From Tubulanus polymorphus (lineage: Eukaryota > Animalia > Nemertea): 64,000 nt of DNA. Where the stretch lies: the NCBI RefSeq assembly GCF_964204645.1, contig NC_134030.1:13882656-13946655 (forward strand), written 5' to 3'. The position numbers and the translations under genes were made by a program. Below, piece after piece: positions 1 through 12,115 of this stretch. Position 1 is the stretch's first letter, and each line of letters begins with the position of its first letter. Below the pieces are notes generated by a model that made no database searches, was not told the DNA's origin, and saw nothing but the letters and a program-made list of their open reading frames with translations.

Positions 1-810
1 ACCTGATTCCATCTATGAACACTCATAATCCTCAAATGGACATAAATGTTTGAATATTCAATACAAGTTCATACCTGCAAATGCAAATCAATTATACAAA
101 TTCACACATGGAATCAAAATTAGAAGTTGCGTTGGCAGAACCATAGAAGAGAATCTTCAATGACATAACAAAAAAGACAATATTCTTTTTTTCACAGTAC
201 ATTTTTAAATGAGGGGTCCAGGAACACTATGCCTACTCGGAAAGTGGTATGAAATGCCCAAAAATCGGACAATTTCTATATTCTATGCCCCTTATACAGA
301 ACCCAATGAACTTTGGAATTTACCACTAGAACTTGTCATGAGCTACAATTTTGCAATTATTGTAACAAAATAAGCCCAGATATCAACGTAACATGAAGAT
401 ACTACGTTATTTGGCTATTCAGCGCTCCCTGGTGACAATATACATAACCCAATGACCTTGAACCCCACCCAAATTTTAGAACAGGTCATGAGCTACAATT
501 GATTGCGGTTACTAAATTCTAAACGGATAGGTACCTTACGAATGAGTATTCATCACACTAAGATGGCCACCAGCTGCAAAACATTTGACTGATCAAAATA
601 TGTGTCTGATATGTTAAAGATCCCTTCCCTTATAATACCAATCACAAATTTCAACGAAAAATGGCAAATAATTAGGAAGCTACAGGTCTTGCACATTCAA
701 GCCAAAAATAACCTTTTTCTCATTATTGCATGAATACACTTATCTATATATTTCAAAAGCAATTGATGGATTTGTGTTGATTTGTTGTTGTCCAGCAAAC
801 TGCAATCTGC

Positions 811-2783
811 TTGTTCATCATAGCTGTACGCTGTGTCAGGGATAGGCCAACAAGAAATGGAAAGACAATAAACCTATCGCAACTCCGAAAAACGCACGTA
901 AGAAAAAGGACAAAACATCGAGGGAGAAGCGTCCGGTGTCGGGGATATCAATGTATATCGATATATATTAATATTACACCGGACTCAATCATTGAAAACA
1001 CAATAGCGCTCAATGAAACTACTCGATCGGAAACACCGAAAAGCATCATGAAAACCGATGATCGTGAAAAATCTCAAAAGATCCTGCGTTTTGAGGATGA
1101 AATATTTGTAGAAGAAAGCATTGAAGAAGTTTTGACGTCGTTGTATTTAGAAGCTGTGAGAGAAGTCGAGAGCCCGGTTGCGACATCCACACCCGAATTA
1201 AAAGCAGAAAAAGCCGAAAACACAAAAGAAATAGTTGCTGATACACAATCTCCATGTAGATCTCTTGAAAGTGATGTGCTTGATTTCATAGCATCCATCG
1301 ACCGCTGTACTATTTAGGATATCGTTTCTAAGATGGCCAGACTTCAAATTACCGAAGAAAATTGGCGACAGCAAGCCAGAATCGATAGCAAACTCATTTA
1401 ATCTACAAGTATAGAAGAACATGAAGATACTCTTTCTCAAATATTGGCTAGATTACAGGAAAAATGTAAAGAGATCAACATAACTGGACCCAAAGTGAGT
1501 CGGTGTGACAAAGTGTGTCATTTCCTGATTGAATCATTCAGGCACAATATTCCACCAATAGAGATGTCGGGTACACTCAAAACAATACCAGACCATATGG
1601 ATGCCAAGTTTGTGAGGCGGAGAAAGAACTTCAGCAAGACGGGTGAAACATTACGTCATGAATACCATCATCAGAGAGAACAGTCTTAAAAGTTTGGGTG
1701 GATGGTGCGATGACGCTGTAAGTGAATTAAACATCATGAATTACTTTGTTTTGAATACATTTTCAAAATATGAAACATTTCTGAAAAAAATATAGATTCA
1801 TATAATATTCTATTTCATAACTTCAAATTCAAGGTAATTATATTTTTTCAGATCATACATGCTTACCTGGGCTTGCTCTCCAAATTGTCTGCTGTTCAAA
1901 TATACGTCATACCATCGTTCGTGCATAACAAATGGCTGAACGATAATTTCAATGAATGGTTATACGAAAAAGTAAGTATTCAAAATTTGCTCGATTACAT
2001 TTCACTGAATGCTATGTTTGAATGCTAAATGCTTTACTTAAATGATTCTTTATTTACTTTAAGGTAATTTTTCCGAGTTTGATAATGTAATGATACCAAT
2101 TTGTATCAGTAACCATTGGATTCTACTATCAGCAGATATTAAGGCAAAGACGGTGTTGGTGTTAAATTCTCTTCCTTAAATTCTCTTTCCTTTCGCGTCA
2201 GAAATAGCAGAAATGTGGAGGTTCGTTCACGCAATTTATGCAGATCATAAAAAATTGAAAACATCTGCCCTTTGATTTGACATGTGTATTAACTTTCTAT
2301 TGCCAACAAAAGGCAATTTTTTTCCAGTCAAATTATTAGTTGTTTCTACTTTTTATAAGGAAATTCATGAAAGTACGTAGCGAAGAAGTGATTGAGGACA
2401 AAAATCTGAAGCTTGGGTGGTCGTCCCGCCATTATGCCCAGTCGAACCAAACTGATGGAATTAGCTGTGGGATATTCCTGTTAATGGTAGGTTTTGTAAT
2501 TTTCGCCAGGATTTTTATGAAATTAAAGATTTCTTTCCAAATCGATTACATAAGACACAATTTTACAGAAATCTACTCTTTTATTTTCCAGAATGCTGAG
2601 GCAATTGGAAACGGCGTAACTCCAAAAATTATGCGCCAGCAACAATGTGATATATTCAGATCGTACGTTTCCAGCCGCATATTGCATTACAGCTCACGCA
2701 ACTGCAATGAAACTTGTGAAATGCCATTTTGCAGTGAACCAACAAAAAAGGACGTTAAATGGATTCAATGTGCTTCGACATGA
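811..2783 (+). pseudogene. Spliced Ulp1/SENP (peptidase C48) gene remnant with the start of a PHD finger, probably transposon-borne
   Basis: GT-AG exons give ..SLKSLGGWCDDA|IIHAYLGLL..WLYEK (~1852-1971), ..MIPICISNHWILLSADIKAKTVLVLNSL (~2064-2220), ..QSNQTDGISCGIFLLM (~2359-2486), then CEMPFC..KWIQCAS (to ~2780). These match the Ulp1 His, Gln and Cys motifs. Stops and frameshifts are present and the PHD is truncated. Confidence 0.75.
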
Positions 2784-3676
2784 TTCAAGGATAGTTCCTG
2801 CTAGTTTCATGATGCGTTCAACAGATGACAGCACTTGATTGATACTGATTAACGATTTTGATGAATCGCGTGAGTGACAGGATTTAGTAGGGTGGGGCTT
2901 AACGGCAATTCTGACAAATTAACTGAAATAATTCATTTTCCTCCTCTGCTAGAGGAGCAATTGATGTAGTATTTTAGCAAAATGACTGAACCTCCATATA
3001 GCTTTGAATTATCATTTAATACCAAAGTTGGTAGAGAGATAGTTTTGACTATGGCCTATGAGTAGCTTCTAATTTTAATAAACTACATAGTACAAATCAT
3101 GCCCAGTAAAAATTTCTGTTTCTTGTCAAATCCTGTTACAGTAGTAGACGAGACATTCAGAGGGCATTAATTGGTGGCATGCTTGTGAACGAATGTCTTA
3201 TTGGCACCCTTGTTTTTCTGAGGTAGGCCTACTTTGGTCGATCAGTGGAATACCTGGTATTTCAAAATGGATAGAAAGAGAAAATACAGTCGAAACTATA
3301 TGAGAGCTATAGGTGTACAATGCAACAAACAGTAGATATTCATCTTAGAAAATCTATCAGTGAAATGAGCAGTGATGATAATCAGGATAATGAAATTGTC
3401 CAAACACATAAATTCACTGAACAGTTGAAAGAATCTAGTGAATCTGACATTCAATTCTCCGATGAATCTTCTGATGAGGCTGTTAATTTGGATGTGCCAG
3501 CAGTAGAGCATGGAAACTTGGACGATTGGGTAGCCATTGACGAATTAAATGAAGCAACATTCTACGGATGATGATGACGATTAGGGTTCTTACGGATCAG
3601 GGAAATCTGGGAAAATCAGGAAATTTCAGAAATATTTTTCCCTGCAGGGAAAATCAGGGAATTCTGGCTCTTTTCC

Positions 3677-3907
3677 CTAAGATTTCTGGAAGTCAGTAAG
3701 GTTTTCGACCATCCCAACTGCCGAATTAAAAGAGTCGAAGAACTCCAACCAGTTCAGTATATTTCCATCAAATTTCATCAAGGAGAGTTTTGGTAAGTTG
3801 ACCGTACGTCGCGAGTTACGGTTGCTGAGCGTAGACTGATCTGAGATCAAGCTGGTATCATGTTGGTCTATTGCGAACCTTCTGTCGATTTGTCGTTGTA
3901 GGAACAC
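3677..3907 (-). mobile_element. Bel/Pao LTR retrotransposon gag fragment (DUF1759-like)
   Basis: VNLPKLSLMKFDGNILNWLEFFDSFNSAV..LTDFQK; same motif as the gag at 39264 (VNLPKLELTTFNRNVMKWSPFWDSFNAGV). Confidence 0.8.
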
Positions 3908-4157
3908 GTTCCCAAATGTTTTGATACTTTCTCAGTTTGTATCAAAAGTATTGCCAATTTCTGGTCCTTAAGTCCTGAAAAATGATAAATTTACAGCGTA
4001 AAATCGTACAAACGTGTCAATTCTAAACACTTACTTTATTTGCGGACCAGTCTATTAATTTAGCGTAAATTTACCAAATGTGCCAATACTAATAATTCAC
4101 TAATTCTCCTTATGAAGCTTCTATACATTAGTAGCGAAAGCTCGTGCGTCGAAATAA

Positions 4158-5420
4158 ATGATACATTATGAAATTAATAACACATTATGAAATTAAAGAA
4201 TGTTTTAATAAAGGAAATATTATATTAGATAACTTAGCTATAAAAATTACACGTGTTTTAACAGTTCATGATGATAATTCAAAATCATATATCTTAAGTA
4301 GAATTAATCAAGAATTGAAATAAACAAACTATATTGCAGTATTTAAAATTTCATTATGCAATCAGATTTAAATGAATTAATACAGAAAATGGATAATATT
4401 GAAAATTATTAAATGAAAAAAATACAATATATTAGATGTAGATGTTACACAAGATTTTAAAGGATCATTTAATTCGGATGAAATAAAATCAATGTTCGAA
4501 AATAGAAAATATAAAGTTCTAAAAGAATTTTCTAATAGTTGTGTTTCAGCATTACATAAGGATGATAAAATACAGATCTATAATGAAACAGCATGTCAAT
4601 TCAAATCTCCTGGTGTAAATATAAATTTCGGTTCAAATTTAATAGTTACATAAATTGCTATCAAGAAAGGTTGAAAGAATCATTTAAAAAATCAATTAAA
4701 TCAGGATTAATTAGAATCGAAATAACTAGTATTTCATTTAAAAGAGGATTAAAAAGGATGGAAAAAGGAAAATATTTACTATTTACCTTGCATATTTACA
4801 ACTTAAATCGTTATTTGATGAGGTAAAACAGACTGTATGTATTTATGATTTCATTGAAAAATGCATTTATTTCTGTTATTATGGTGATTTATTAGCAAGA
4901 AAATCTATAGGATATAAATCTAGGATAAGTAAAAATATTGAAGAGCCTCCTTTTTACTCATTTTATCAATGTTTACAATTAAAAATATTCCATGTTTATA
5001 CCTCACAATTAATCAAAATGATGATAAATCAGAATTCATTATTGAAGCAAAAACTATATTAAAACGGAAGGATGAAGTGTTATATCTTCAACTAATTCAA
5101 TATTTATATTCAAATTACGTGATACAGGAATTAGTTTTACAACTTTAAAAAAGAGATACAATACAAAATCGAAACCTTTTCACGAATTAGATGCACTTGA
5201 TATTGAAGATGATTTTGATATAAAATTATTATCTAAAAGTGAATTTAAAATATTAGAAGAAATGAAAGAACTTAAACAATTTCAAGAAGATATCGATGAA
5301 AATAGAAATCAAATTTGTATGAATTACAGCAGCAATTAGATATTGATAATGAATTATTTGAGACAGAATTTAAAAAACTTGAAATAATTCCTGAAGTAAA
5401 ATTAAATGATTATTTATACT
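4158..5420 (+). pseudogene. Frameshifted viral ORF, possibly a Rep_trans-like replication/nicking protein
   Basis: Manual translation of 4423-4730: YNILDVDVTQDFKGSF..KIQIYNETACQFKSPGV..(frameshift)..GLIRIEIT, with an acidic coiled-coil tail. Starts at TAAATG (4155-4160). Family is inferred from motif spacing only. Confidence 0.4.
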
Positions 5421-6209
5421 CCTAAAATATCCGGAATTGAAAATGATACAATTTTTGAAATTAGAGGTTTTTCAACTAAATGTAAATGTTTAACAATTCT
5501 TTATTTCAGTTATATTTTAACACACTAAGGTTTATTTGAAACTACTACTGATTTAAGAGAATTATTGATTAAAACATTACAATTAGACGTATTTAATTAA
5601 ATTTATTTTGAAATGTCTTCGATAGAAAACATAGAAAGTTAAAAAAGGTTGCAGTAGTCCTGATAGACACTTTATTTTATCAAAATTAGAAAAACCCATT
5701 TTCGAAGTTGAGAAAGTATCACATAATCATTTTGAAATAATTGATAAAATGGATTTTGAATTGATGAAAAAGTATACTAAATATTTAAAAATAAATTCTA
5801 ATGATTTTACTAATGTACGTGATATACGTTAAGAATCTGATCATTTAAGAAAACTAAGCTTAACAATATGAAAATTAAGCAAAGTGAAGTGAATGAAATG
5901 GAACTTTAATTAACTTTGAGCACCTCATTTATATATTAAGTTTTTATTTAAAAAAGTTAAAAATTGAAAAAGAGTTAGAGTTCGCTGAATCCTCTCGCTC
6001 TAGAATATTTTTTTTTTACCCTTATTGGTAGCATCAATTAAATTGCAATAAATATAAAAGTGAGTCTAAGGTATTAAGTTTGGTGTAGCATCGGCATTAC
6101 GTATCCTTACATCTGGGTTAATTCCTAACAGTTTAGCTAAATGTTTTTTAACCACAAATTGATGTTCATCTTTAGCTAACTTTATTCTTACTTTATTATT
6201 GATATCACT

Positions 6210-6545
6210 TTAATAAAATTTAATTCCAAATCCAGCAGACACTCCCATTTTTAAACGAGCTCTTTTATTAATTTCTTGCGCTAATGATTCTAAATTATAT
6301 AATCCAGGTTTTAGAAATAGATGATACGATTTATTCAAATTCTTTGCATAAATTAAAAAAGCTAAATGATCAAGACTTTTATTCGATATATTATGAAAAG
6401 AATTACATAAACTTATATTTAACAATTTTAAATCTACACAATTTCTAAATTCTCTATCTAATTGTACTAGTAAATTATGTGATTTATAATTTGTAAGTCT
6501 TTTAGAATCAACAAATATTCTGTATTCTTTTAATCTATCTTGCAT
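6210..6545 (-). CDS. Minor capsid (penton)-like protein, copy 1
   Basis: Pattern LLNISLCNSFHNI..LKPGLYNLESLAQEIN resembles Polinton/PLV penton N-termini; clear paralogue of 11468-11749. Confidence 0.5.
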   Translation of the reverse strand: MQDRLKEYRIFVDSKRLTNYKSHNLLVQLDREFRNCVDLKLLNISLCNSFHNISNKSLDHLAFLIYAKNLNKSYHLFLKPGLYNLESLAQEINKRARLKMGVSAGFGIKFY

Positions 6546-6578
6546 TTATTTTACATAATGTTTTATTCGAAATCTATA

Positions 6579-7470
6579 TCATGGTGCCCATATAATATGA
6601 ATTTTTCCTTTTTCATGAATAATTGTATTCCATCTTTTGTATTTTGTAAATTTTTTCCCAGAACCATGTAATAAGTTATCTTCAGTGGTTCTAAAATCTA
6701 ACCATAGTGCATATTTATTGCCGGAATAATAATCAATTTGATTAATATTACAATTTTCAAATGATTTTATTTTTTCATTCATAAAATGTTTTCTAATTTC
6801 TGGCCACTGATCTATCGTTCTCATTCCTTGGCAAAATATTTTATTAGTTATGCCTTCGATGGTTATTTCTACTTTTGATATTTAAGGGTTATACTAATTA
6901 TCAACATTTATTGCGCCATTAGAATGTGTTGCAATTGGAGAAAATATTAATATACCTTTAATAGATCTGCTTGGGAAGTTAATATTCTCATTAATTATTT
7001 CATCATTTGCACTAATAGTTAAAATTTTAAATTTTTCAATATAATCATATAATAATGAAAATCCTTGTTCATATTGAGTTTGAATTGTGTTAGCAATATT
7101 TTCATCAGTTACTGTATCAAATTCTAAACATATATTCGATAATTTATAACCCATATCTTTAACTACACTTGATAGTACAATTTCATTAACAGGAGCAAAT
7201 GTTATCTCGAATATAATATCTTCTTGAATTGCGTATTTATATAAAGGTGCATTATTATTTATCAATTCAAAGTCTAATGGAATTTTACATTTGTTTCCAT
7301 AAATCTTTTTTATTAAATTATCTGTAGCATTAGTTATTATTGCATTATTAGCTTCTGGTCTTAATTTATTATGGTTTTCTGATTGGATGCCTTGAAATAT
7401 CATATTATTTCTATTTTCTTTTGTTAACCATAAATCTTTGTAATGCATAAATAAATTATAATCATCTTAT
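6579..7470 (-). pseudogene. Major capsid protein-like remnant (N-terminus deleted, frameshifted)
   Basis: ORFs 6894-7448 and 6579-6824 join into one beta-rich protein (YKDLWLT..QGI..KLR; YKLSNICLEFDTV; NINFPSRSIKGILIF; KVEITIEG; YALWLDFRT..LHGSG), recalled as the capsid family of invertebrate Polinton-like viruses. Confidence 0.6.
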
Positions 7471-8545
7471 GAGAAACAATTGATGCAATAAATCCTGGTA
7501 AAGCTGCTGCAGATTTTTTAGATAATTCCCATAAATATTTTGCTTATTTTTTTAATCCATCTTTAACTTTATCCTGTATTGAATTATTATCATTTGGGGG
7601 TTTATCCGGTTTATTGAGAGTAGGTGTAGATTTTAATGAATTTGATATTGCTATTGTTGTGAATACCATAGTTACAGCTGTTAGAATTGAAAGAATTGTT
7701 ATACCTTCTAACTTAAATAATTATCTTATTCTATCTTTCAATGATATTTTAGAATCTGGTTTTATTATTAAATCTTTAAAAATAACTTTTAATTTTTTAA
7801 TATTTAGATCATATGATTTCAATAATATATCTCTTTCTTTTTCCTGTAATTCTTTGTTATATTTTAAATTATCAATTTCTTTTTCTAAAGCTAACTTTCT
7901 GCTTTCATATTCAGCTTCATCAATTACTTGAAGATCTTTATTTAATTCTAATTGCTCTAATTCTTCATTTGTATCAGATAATTCTTTTTCTAACATGGTT
8001 ATTTTAGAAAATCTCATCTTAATATTAGCAATTTCACCAGCTGATTCTTGCATACCTTTAATTTCTCTACGTGCTTGTTCAGGAAATATTTTTAATTTTT
8101 CTTCATTTAAATCAAGTAATTTTTTTAATAAATGTTGTATTTGATTTGTTCCCGTTTCAGTACCAGGTGTATCTAAAATACTAATCATATCTTCTTCAAA
8201 TGAATTCATTGTATCCAGTAAGTTATCTAAATTTTTTACTAATTGTAATTGACTTGAACCATTATCAATTGGTTGAATATCTCTTCTCGATGTTTCTGGT
8301 GTTGAAGATCTTAATTTATCTAATCGATCTCCATACTCTTCCATTTCTGGATCAACATAAGTAGGATTTAAATTTGGATTTTTAAATGGTGAATATTTGT
8401 TAATATCAATACCAACATTTGGTTCTTCTTCATTTATTCTATCGAGTGCATTCCATATAATTCTGAGAAATTCTGAACCACCCTTTGAACGTTCAATTGT
8501 AGATCTTGCTAACATTTCAGGATGGTACAGATCTTCTTGTCCCAT
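7470..8545 (-). pseudogene. Viral coiled-coil protein with hydrophobic C-terminal segments
   Basis: 274-aa ORF 7721-8545 (E/K/L-rich coiled coil) continues past a stop into LFKLEGITILSILTAVTMVFTTIAI..AALPGFIASIVS, then is fused by deletion to the capsid remnant. Confidence 0.6.
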
Positions 8546-8692
8546 TTAAGATAATTGAATTGATACAGTTTGTTATTTAATTCAACATTATAATCATGAA
8601 TCATTTTTAAATTCTAAATTATTCATGAAATGTATGTCATCTTCTCTAATTTGTTCTGAAATATCTTCTGGTTCAATGTTATCTGTTAAATT

Positions 8693-9022
8693 TTATGGTA
8701 ATAATTCTTCAATAACTGTATTTGTTACACTTTGTTTTATGTATAATAATTCTTTTTTCAATTCAGGGTTTTCTGTTCTTTCTAATCTATTAATTAAATC
8801 TTTTCTTTCTGGTCTAGTTTTAATTATTATCCCATTGCAAATATCATCTTTAAATTCATCATAATCATATAATATAGGCCCACTAGAATCATCTTCACCT
8901 AAATTAGTATTATATGCTGCTCCACCATCATTATCAATATTAGTTTCATTAAAATCAGGTTGTGGTTCATCACTTATAGCAGGGGCGTCACCAAAAGTAT
9001 CCATTGGAACATCTTCTTCCAT
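8693..9022 (-). CDS. Acidic viral hypothetical protein
   Basis: 109-aa D/E-rich ORF starting at TAAATG inside the minus-strand viral gene array. Confidence 0.5.
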   Translation of the reverse strand: MEEDVPMDTFGDAPAISDEPQPDFNETNIDNDGGAAYNTNLGEDDSSGPILYDYDEFKDDICNGIIIKTRPERKDLINRLERTENPELKKELLYIKQSVTNTVIEELLP

Positions 9023-9039
9023 TTATATAATAAAAATTA

Positions 9040-10383
9040 AAATTTAAAATATAATATTCCTCCTATTACAATTCCTATACAAGTTATGGCTAATTTAGCA
9101 TTTTCATGTGATTTATTATCATTATTACTTTTTTCATTTTGAATAATATCAGTTTTTATATTTTCTGATGTATCGTAATCTTTTTTTTAGAATCATTATC
9201 CAATTTAATATTCTTAGTTTTAGTTTCAGTTGATTGAATATGTTTTTTCATTTTTTCACCTTCCATTAATTTTGGAGCAGTAATAATCTTTTTATTTATA
9301 TCATTTAATCCAATTGAATTATTTATTGTTGCAGTCTTAATTAGGTTATTATAACCAATTATATTTCCCATTTTTAGTATTAAATCATCAAAAATAATTA
9401 ATAAATTGGGCCCTATACAATAATTGAATCTTACATGAGATTTATCTAAATAATTTTGATATCTTACAATGTTTTCTGGAATCGATCTATTTTTAGGGTG
9501 TTGTCATATCGCGGAAAGACGGAATCGCAGAATTTTCCAAAAACGCGGAATTTCTTCATTTTTACTATGAATAGTAAACGGATTTTCCCACGGGGATACC
9601 CACTGTATTATTATTTCCAACTATTGGGGATCTTGTTTCAACTTGTGCACCTAGAATACTAATTAAATAAGTTCTTATAGATCGATTTATTCTTTGTATA
9701 CCTGATTTTGTAAAACCTTCACTATTATCCAAAATAAAATAAACCCAACCATCATTATTATCAATTTTATAATTATGATAAGCACCAACTCTATGCATAT
9801 AATCAATTCTTTTTATTTCTAACTGTTCACCAACACCATGTAATTTACCATGCGCTCTAAAATCGGAATTAATATTTATATTAAATTCATTATATATTTT
9901 ATAAAACTTATATAGATTAATATTATTATCCAATTCTTTAAAATATTTCGATCCAGGTAAAGGGCATTCTAATTCGTTTAATATAGTTCTGATTTGAAAA
10001 TATGTGTGAAATCTAAATATTGTATGAATTAATTTTAAATCTGAATAAGAAAAATTGTTTTCTAAATTATTAAGATGATTGTTCCAACTTATACCACACC
10101 CTGTTGTTGCACAATAAACAGCAAAATTCAATTTGTTCTGCCAATATTTCATATTAGATTTTATTTTATATAGATTATATTCATCTCGAGTAAAAGTAAC
10201 TTCATATGTATTAAATATATTTTCCATTTTAGAAGTAAAATAATTTGTTTCGGCTACATAAGTTTCATTATTAACTAATGAGTTCAAAACTAAATTTTTA
10301 TATGAAATATTTCTATTAAAATGTATTGCAGGAATATTATATTTAATTGATTTATTATATTTGAAAGCTTTTGGAAACACCAT
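9040..10383 (-). pseudogene. Conserved PLV-type hypothetical protein with C-terminal TM segment, interrupted by a ~130-bp insert
   Basis: ORF 9565-10383 (WQNKLNFAVYCATTGCGIS; FRFHTYFQIRTIL; INRSIRTY..ILGAQ) resumes after a more GC-rich insert at ~9475-9605 (RYQNYL..GYNN..AKLAITCIGIVIGGIIYF). Confidence 0.6.
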
Positions 10384-10608
10384 TTATATAATTAATAAAT
10401 TAATAATAAATTAATTCTTTTAATATATTATCTTGTTCTTTAACTGTTGTATTACCATTTTAACTAATTATATAATCTAATGTATCTTTTAATTTATTAA
10501 GTTCTTTTATATTAGATTTTATTTTTTCTTCATTACCTTTTATATTTAATTTTGAACTTATTCCAGTTAAAACACTTGAACTTAATCCTAACACGCCGAT
10601 CGATATAG

Positions 10609-10809
10609 CTAAAGGTAATCCATATAATTTTGTCCCTTTTCTCTGTATTCTTCTGCAGCTTTATTATATTTTTCTAATGCTAAGTTATGTCTTTTTTGTT
10701 CTGATAATGAACCATTTTTATCAATATGCTTAAATAAATAACCACCACCAGTAAATGCTAAAGCGTTAACAATTGCCGATCGTATAATAGTTATAATTGC
10801 AGATGCCAT
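10609..10809 (-). CDS. Small viral protein with hydrophobic N-terminus and coiled coil
   Basis: MASAIITIIRSAIVNALAFTGGGYLF..EQKRHNLALEK; TAAATG start. Confidence 0.55.
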   Translation of the reverse strand: MASAIITIIRSAIVNALAFTGGGYLFKHIDKNGSLSEQKRHNLALEKYNKAAEEYREKGQNYMDYL

Positions 10810-10835
10810 TTATTTAGTAAAAAAAAATTACGTAT

Positions 10836-11056
10836 TCATATAGGAGGAATATATTTTTGTTTTTCCAAATAATCAATTGTTAAATTAGATAAAGTAACTG
10901 CCAACGTTAATTTTGAAATATCATTTATTTCAAATTTATCAACATTAACACTTCCCATTTTAAATACTTTTTTAATACCATTGTATAACCAACAGTTCCA
11001 ACTGATAGTAAGGCACCATTATATAATCCATTTATTATCCACTTATTATCACTCAT
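10836..11056 (-). pseudogene. Small viral membrane-type protein (frameshifted)
   Basis: MSDNKWINGLYNG..GYTMVLKKVFKM..KLTLAVTLSNLTIDYLEKQKYIPPI*; TAAATG start. Confidence 0.45.
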
Positions 11057-11467
11057 TTATTAATCAAAAAAATACTATCTTCAAAATATTTAGTTAACTT
11101 AGTTATTTAATTATTTCAACATTTATTTCATTACTACTTATTATTATACAGTTATTATTTGTTTAATATCATCAATAATGAAATCTTCATCTAAATCATT
11201 AAATTTTAAAGACTATCTAATTAAATCAGTAATCTTTTCTACATTAAAAGTTTCTTTATTTATTGTTGTTTCATAATCAAATGTTGTTTCATTAAAAAAT
11301 TTAATATTTTTAATATATTACATCATTAATGTTAAATGTCATTTCTTTCTCACGCCATTAATGCATTTTGACTTTCATCTTTTACCTATACTTTAATTTC
11401 ATTTGTGCTATCACTTTTTACAAATCTAATTACAAATTATCATCTCTTCTAATTTTCAACCGTGCTC

Positions 11468-11749
11468 TTAATTAATTTCTTGAGCTAATGTTTCTAAATT
11501 ATATAATGCTGGTTTTAAAATTAGACGAAACCATTTATTTTTATTTCTAATATGAATTAAAAAAGTATTATCTTCAATAGTTTTATCCGTTATATTATAA
11601 AAAGAATTACATAAACTTACATTTACTAATTTCAAACCTACGCAATTCTTAAATTCTCTATCTAATTGTACTAGTAAATTATACGTTTTAGAATTTAACA
11701 GTTTTCTAGAATAAACATATATTCTATATTCTTTTAATTTATCTTGCAT
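11468..11749 (-). CDS. Minor capsid (penton)-like protein, copy 2
   Basis: MQDKLKEYRIYVYS..LVNVSLCNSFYNI..LKPALYNLETLAQEIN; paralogue of 6210-6545 with a shared ~45-bp upstream sequence. Confidence 0.5.
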   Translation of the reverse strand: MQDKLKEYRIYVYSRKLLNSKTYNLLVQLDREFKNCVGLKLVNVSLCNSFYNITDKTIEDNTFLIHIRNKNKWFRLILKPALYNLETLAQEIN

Positions 11750-11767
11750 TTATTTTACATATTTTTT

Positions 11768-12115
11768 TATTCGAAATCTATATCATGGTGCCCTTTTTCA
11801 TTCTTACCTTTGTATATGAAATAGAAATCTCCAGAACATAATCATTCTAAATCTTCACTTGATAATCTATGAAATCTATCTGGTAAATATGTTCTGAATT
11901 TATATTTATTTTCTTTTAATCCTTCATATCTAAGTGGATAACTAATTTATCTCCATATTTGATAGAAACTGTATCAATATTTGTAATTAGATATTTCTTA
12001 TGAATTGTTTATTCTGTTAACTTCTTAAATTTATAATCTACTGATCTAGCATTTGTGATATCTTTTATTCTAGGAATGATTTGTTGTTCTCACTGTGTGC
12101 TTGTTTACTCTCCAT
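11768..12115 (-). pseudogene. Small frameshifted viral ORF of unknown function
   Basis: Manual translation ..YKFKKLTE..KKYLITNIDTVSIKYGDKLVIHLD..RTYLPDRF..FYFIYKGKNEKGHHDIDFE*. Confidence 0.35.

Noticed and set aside
3268-3571. Acidic ORF (MDRKRKYS../MQQTVD..) as the start of a transposase
   Set aside because: Low-complexity and truncated with no catalytic motif, so it cannot be assigned
4100-4160. agtagcgaaag at ~4130 as the left TIR of the Polinton-like element
   Set aside because: No similarity to the 21467-21587 terminus beyond AGTA and no matching TSD (tctatc expected)
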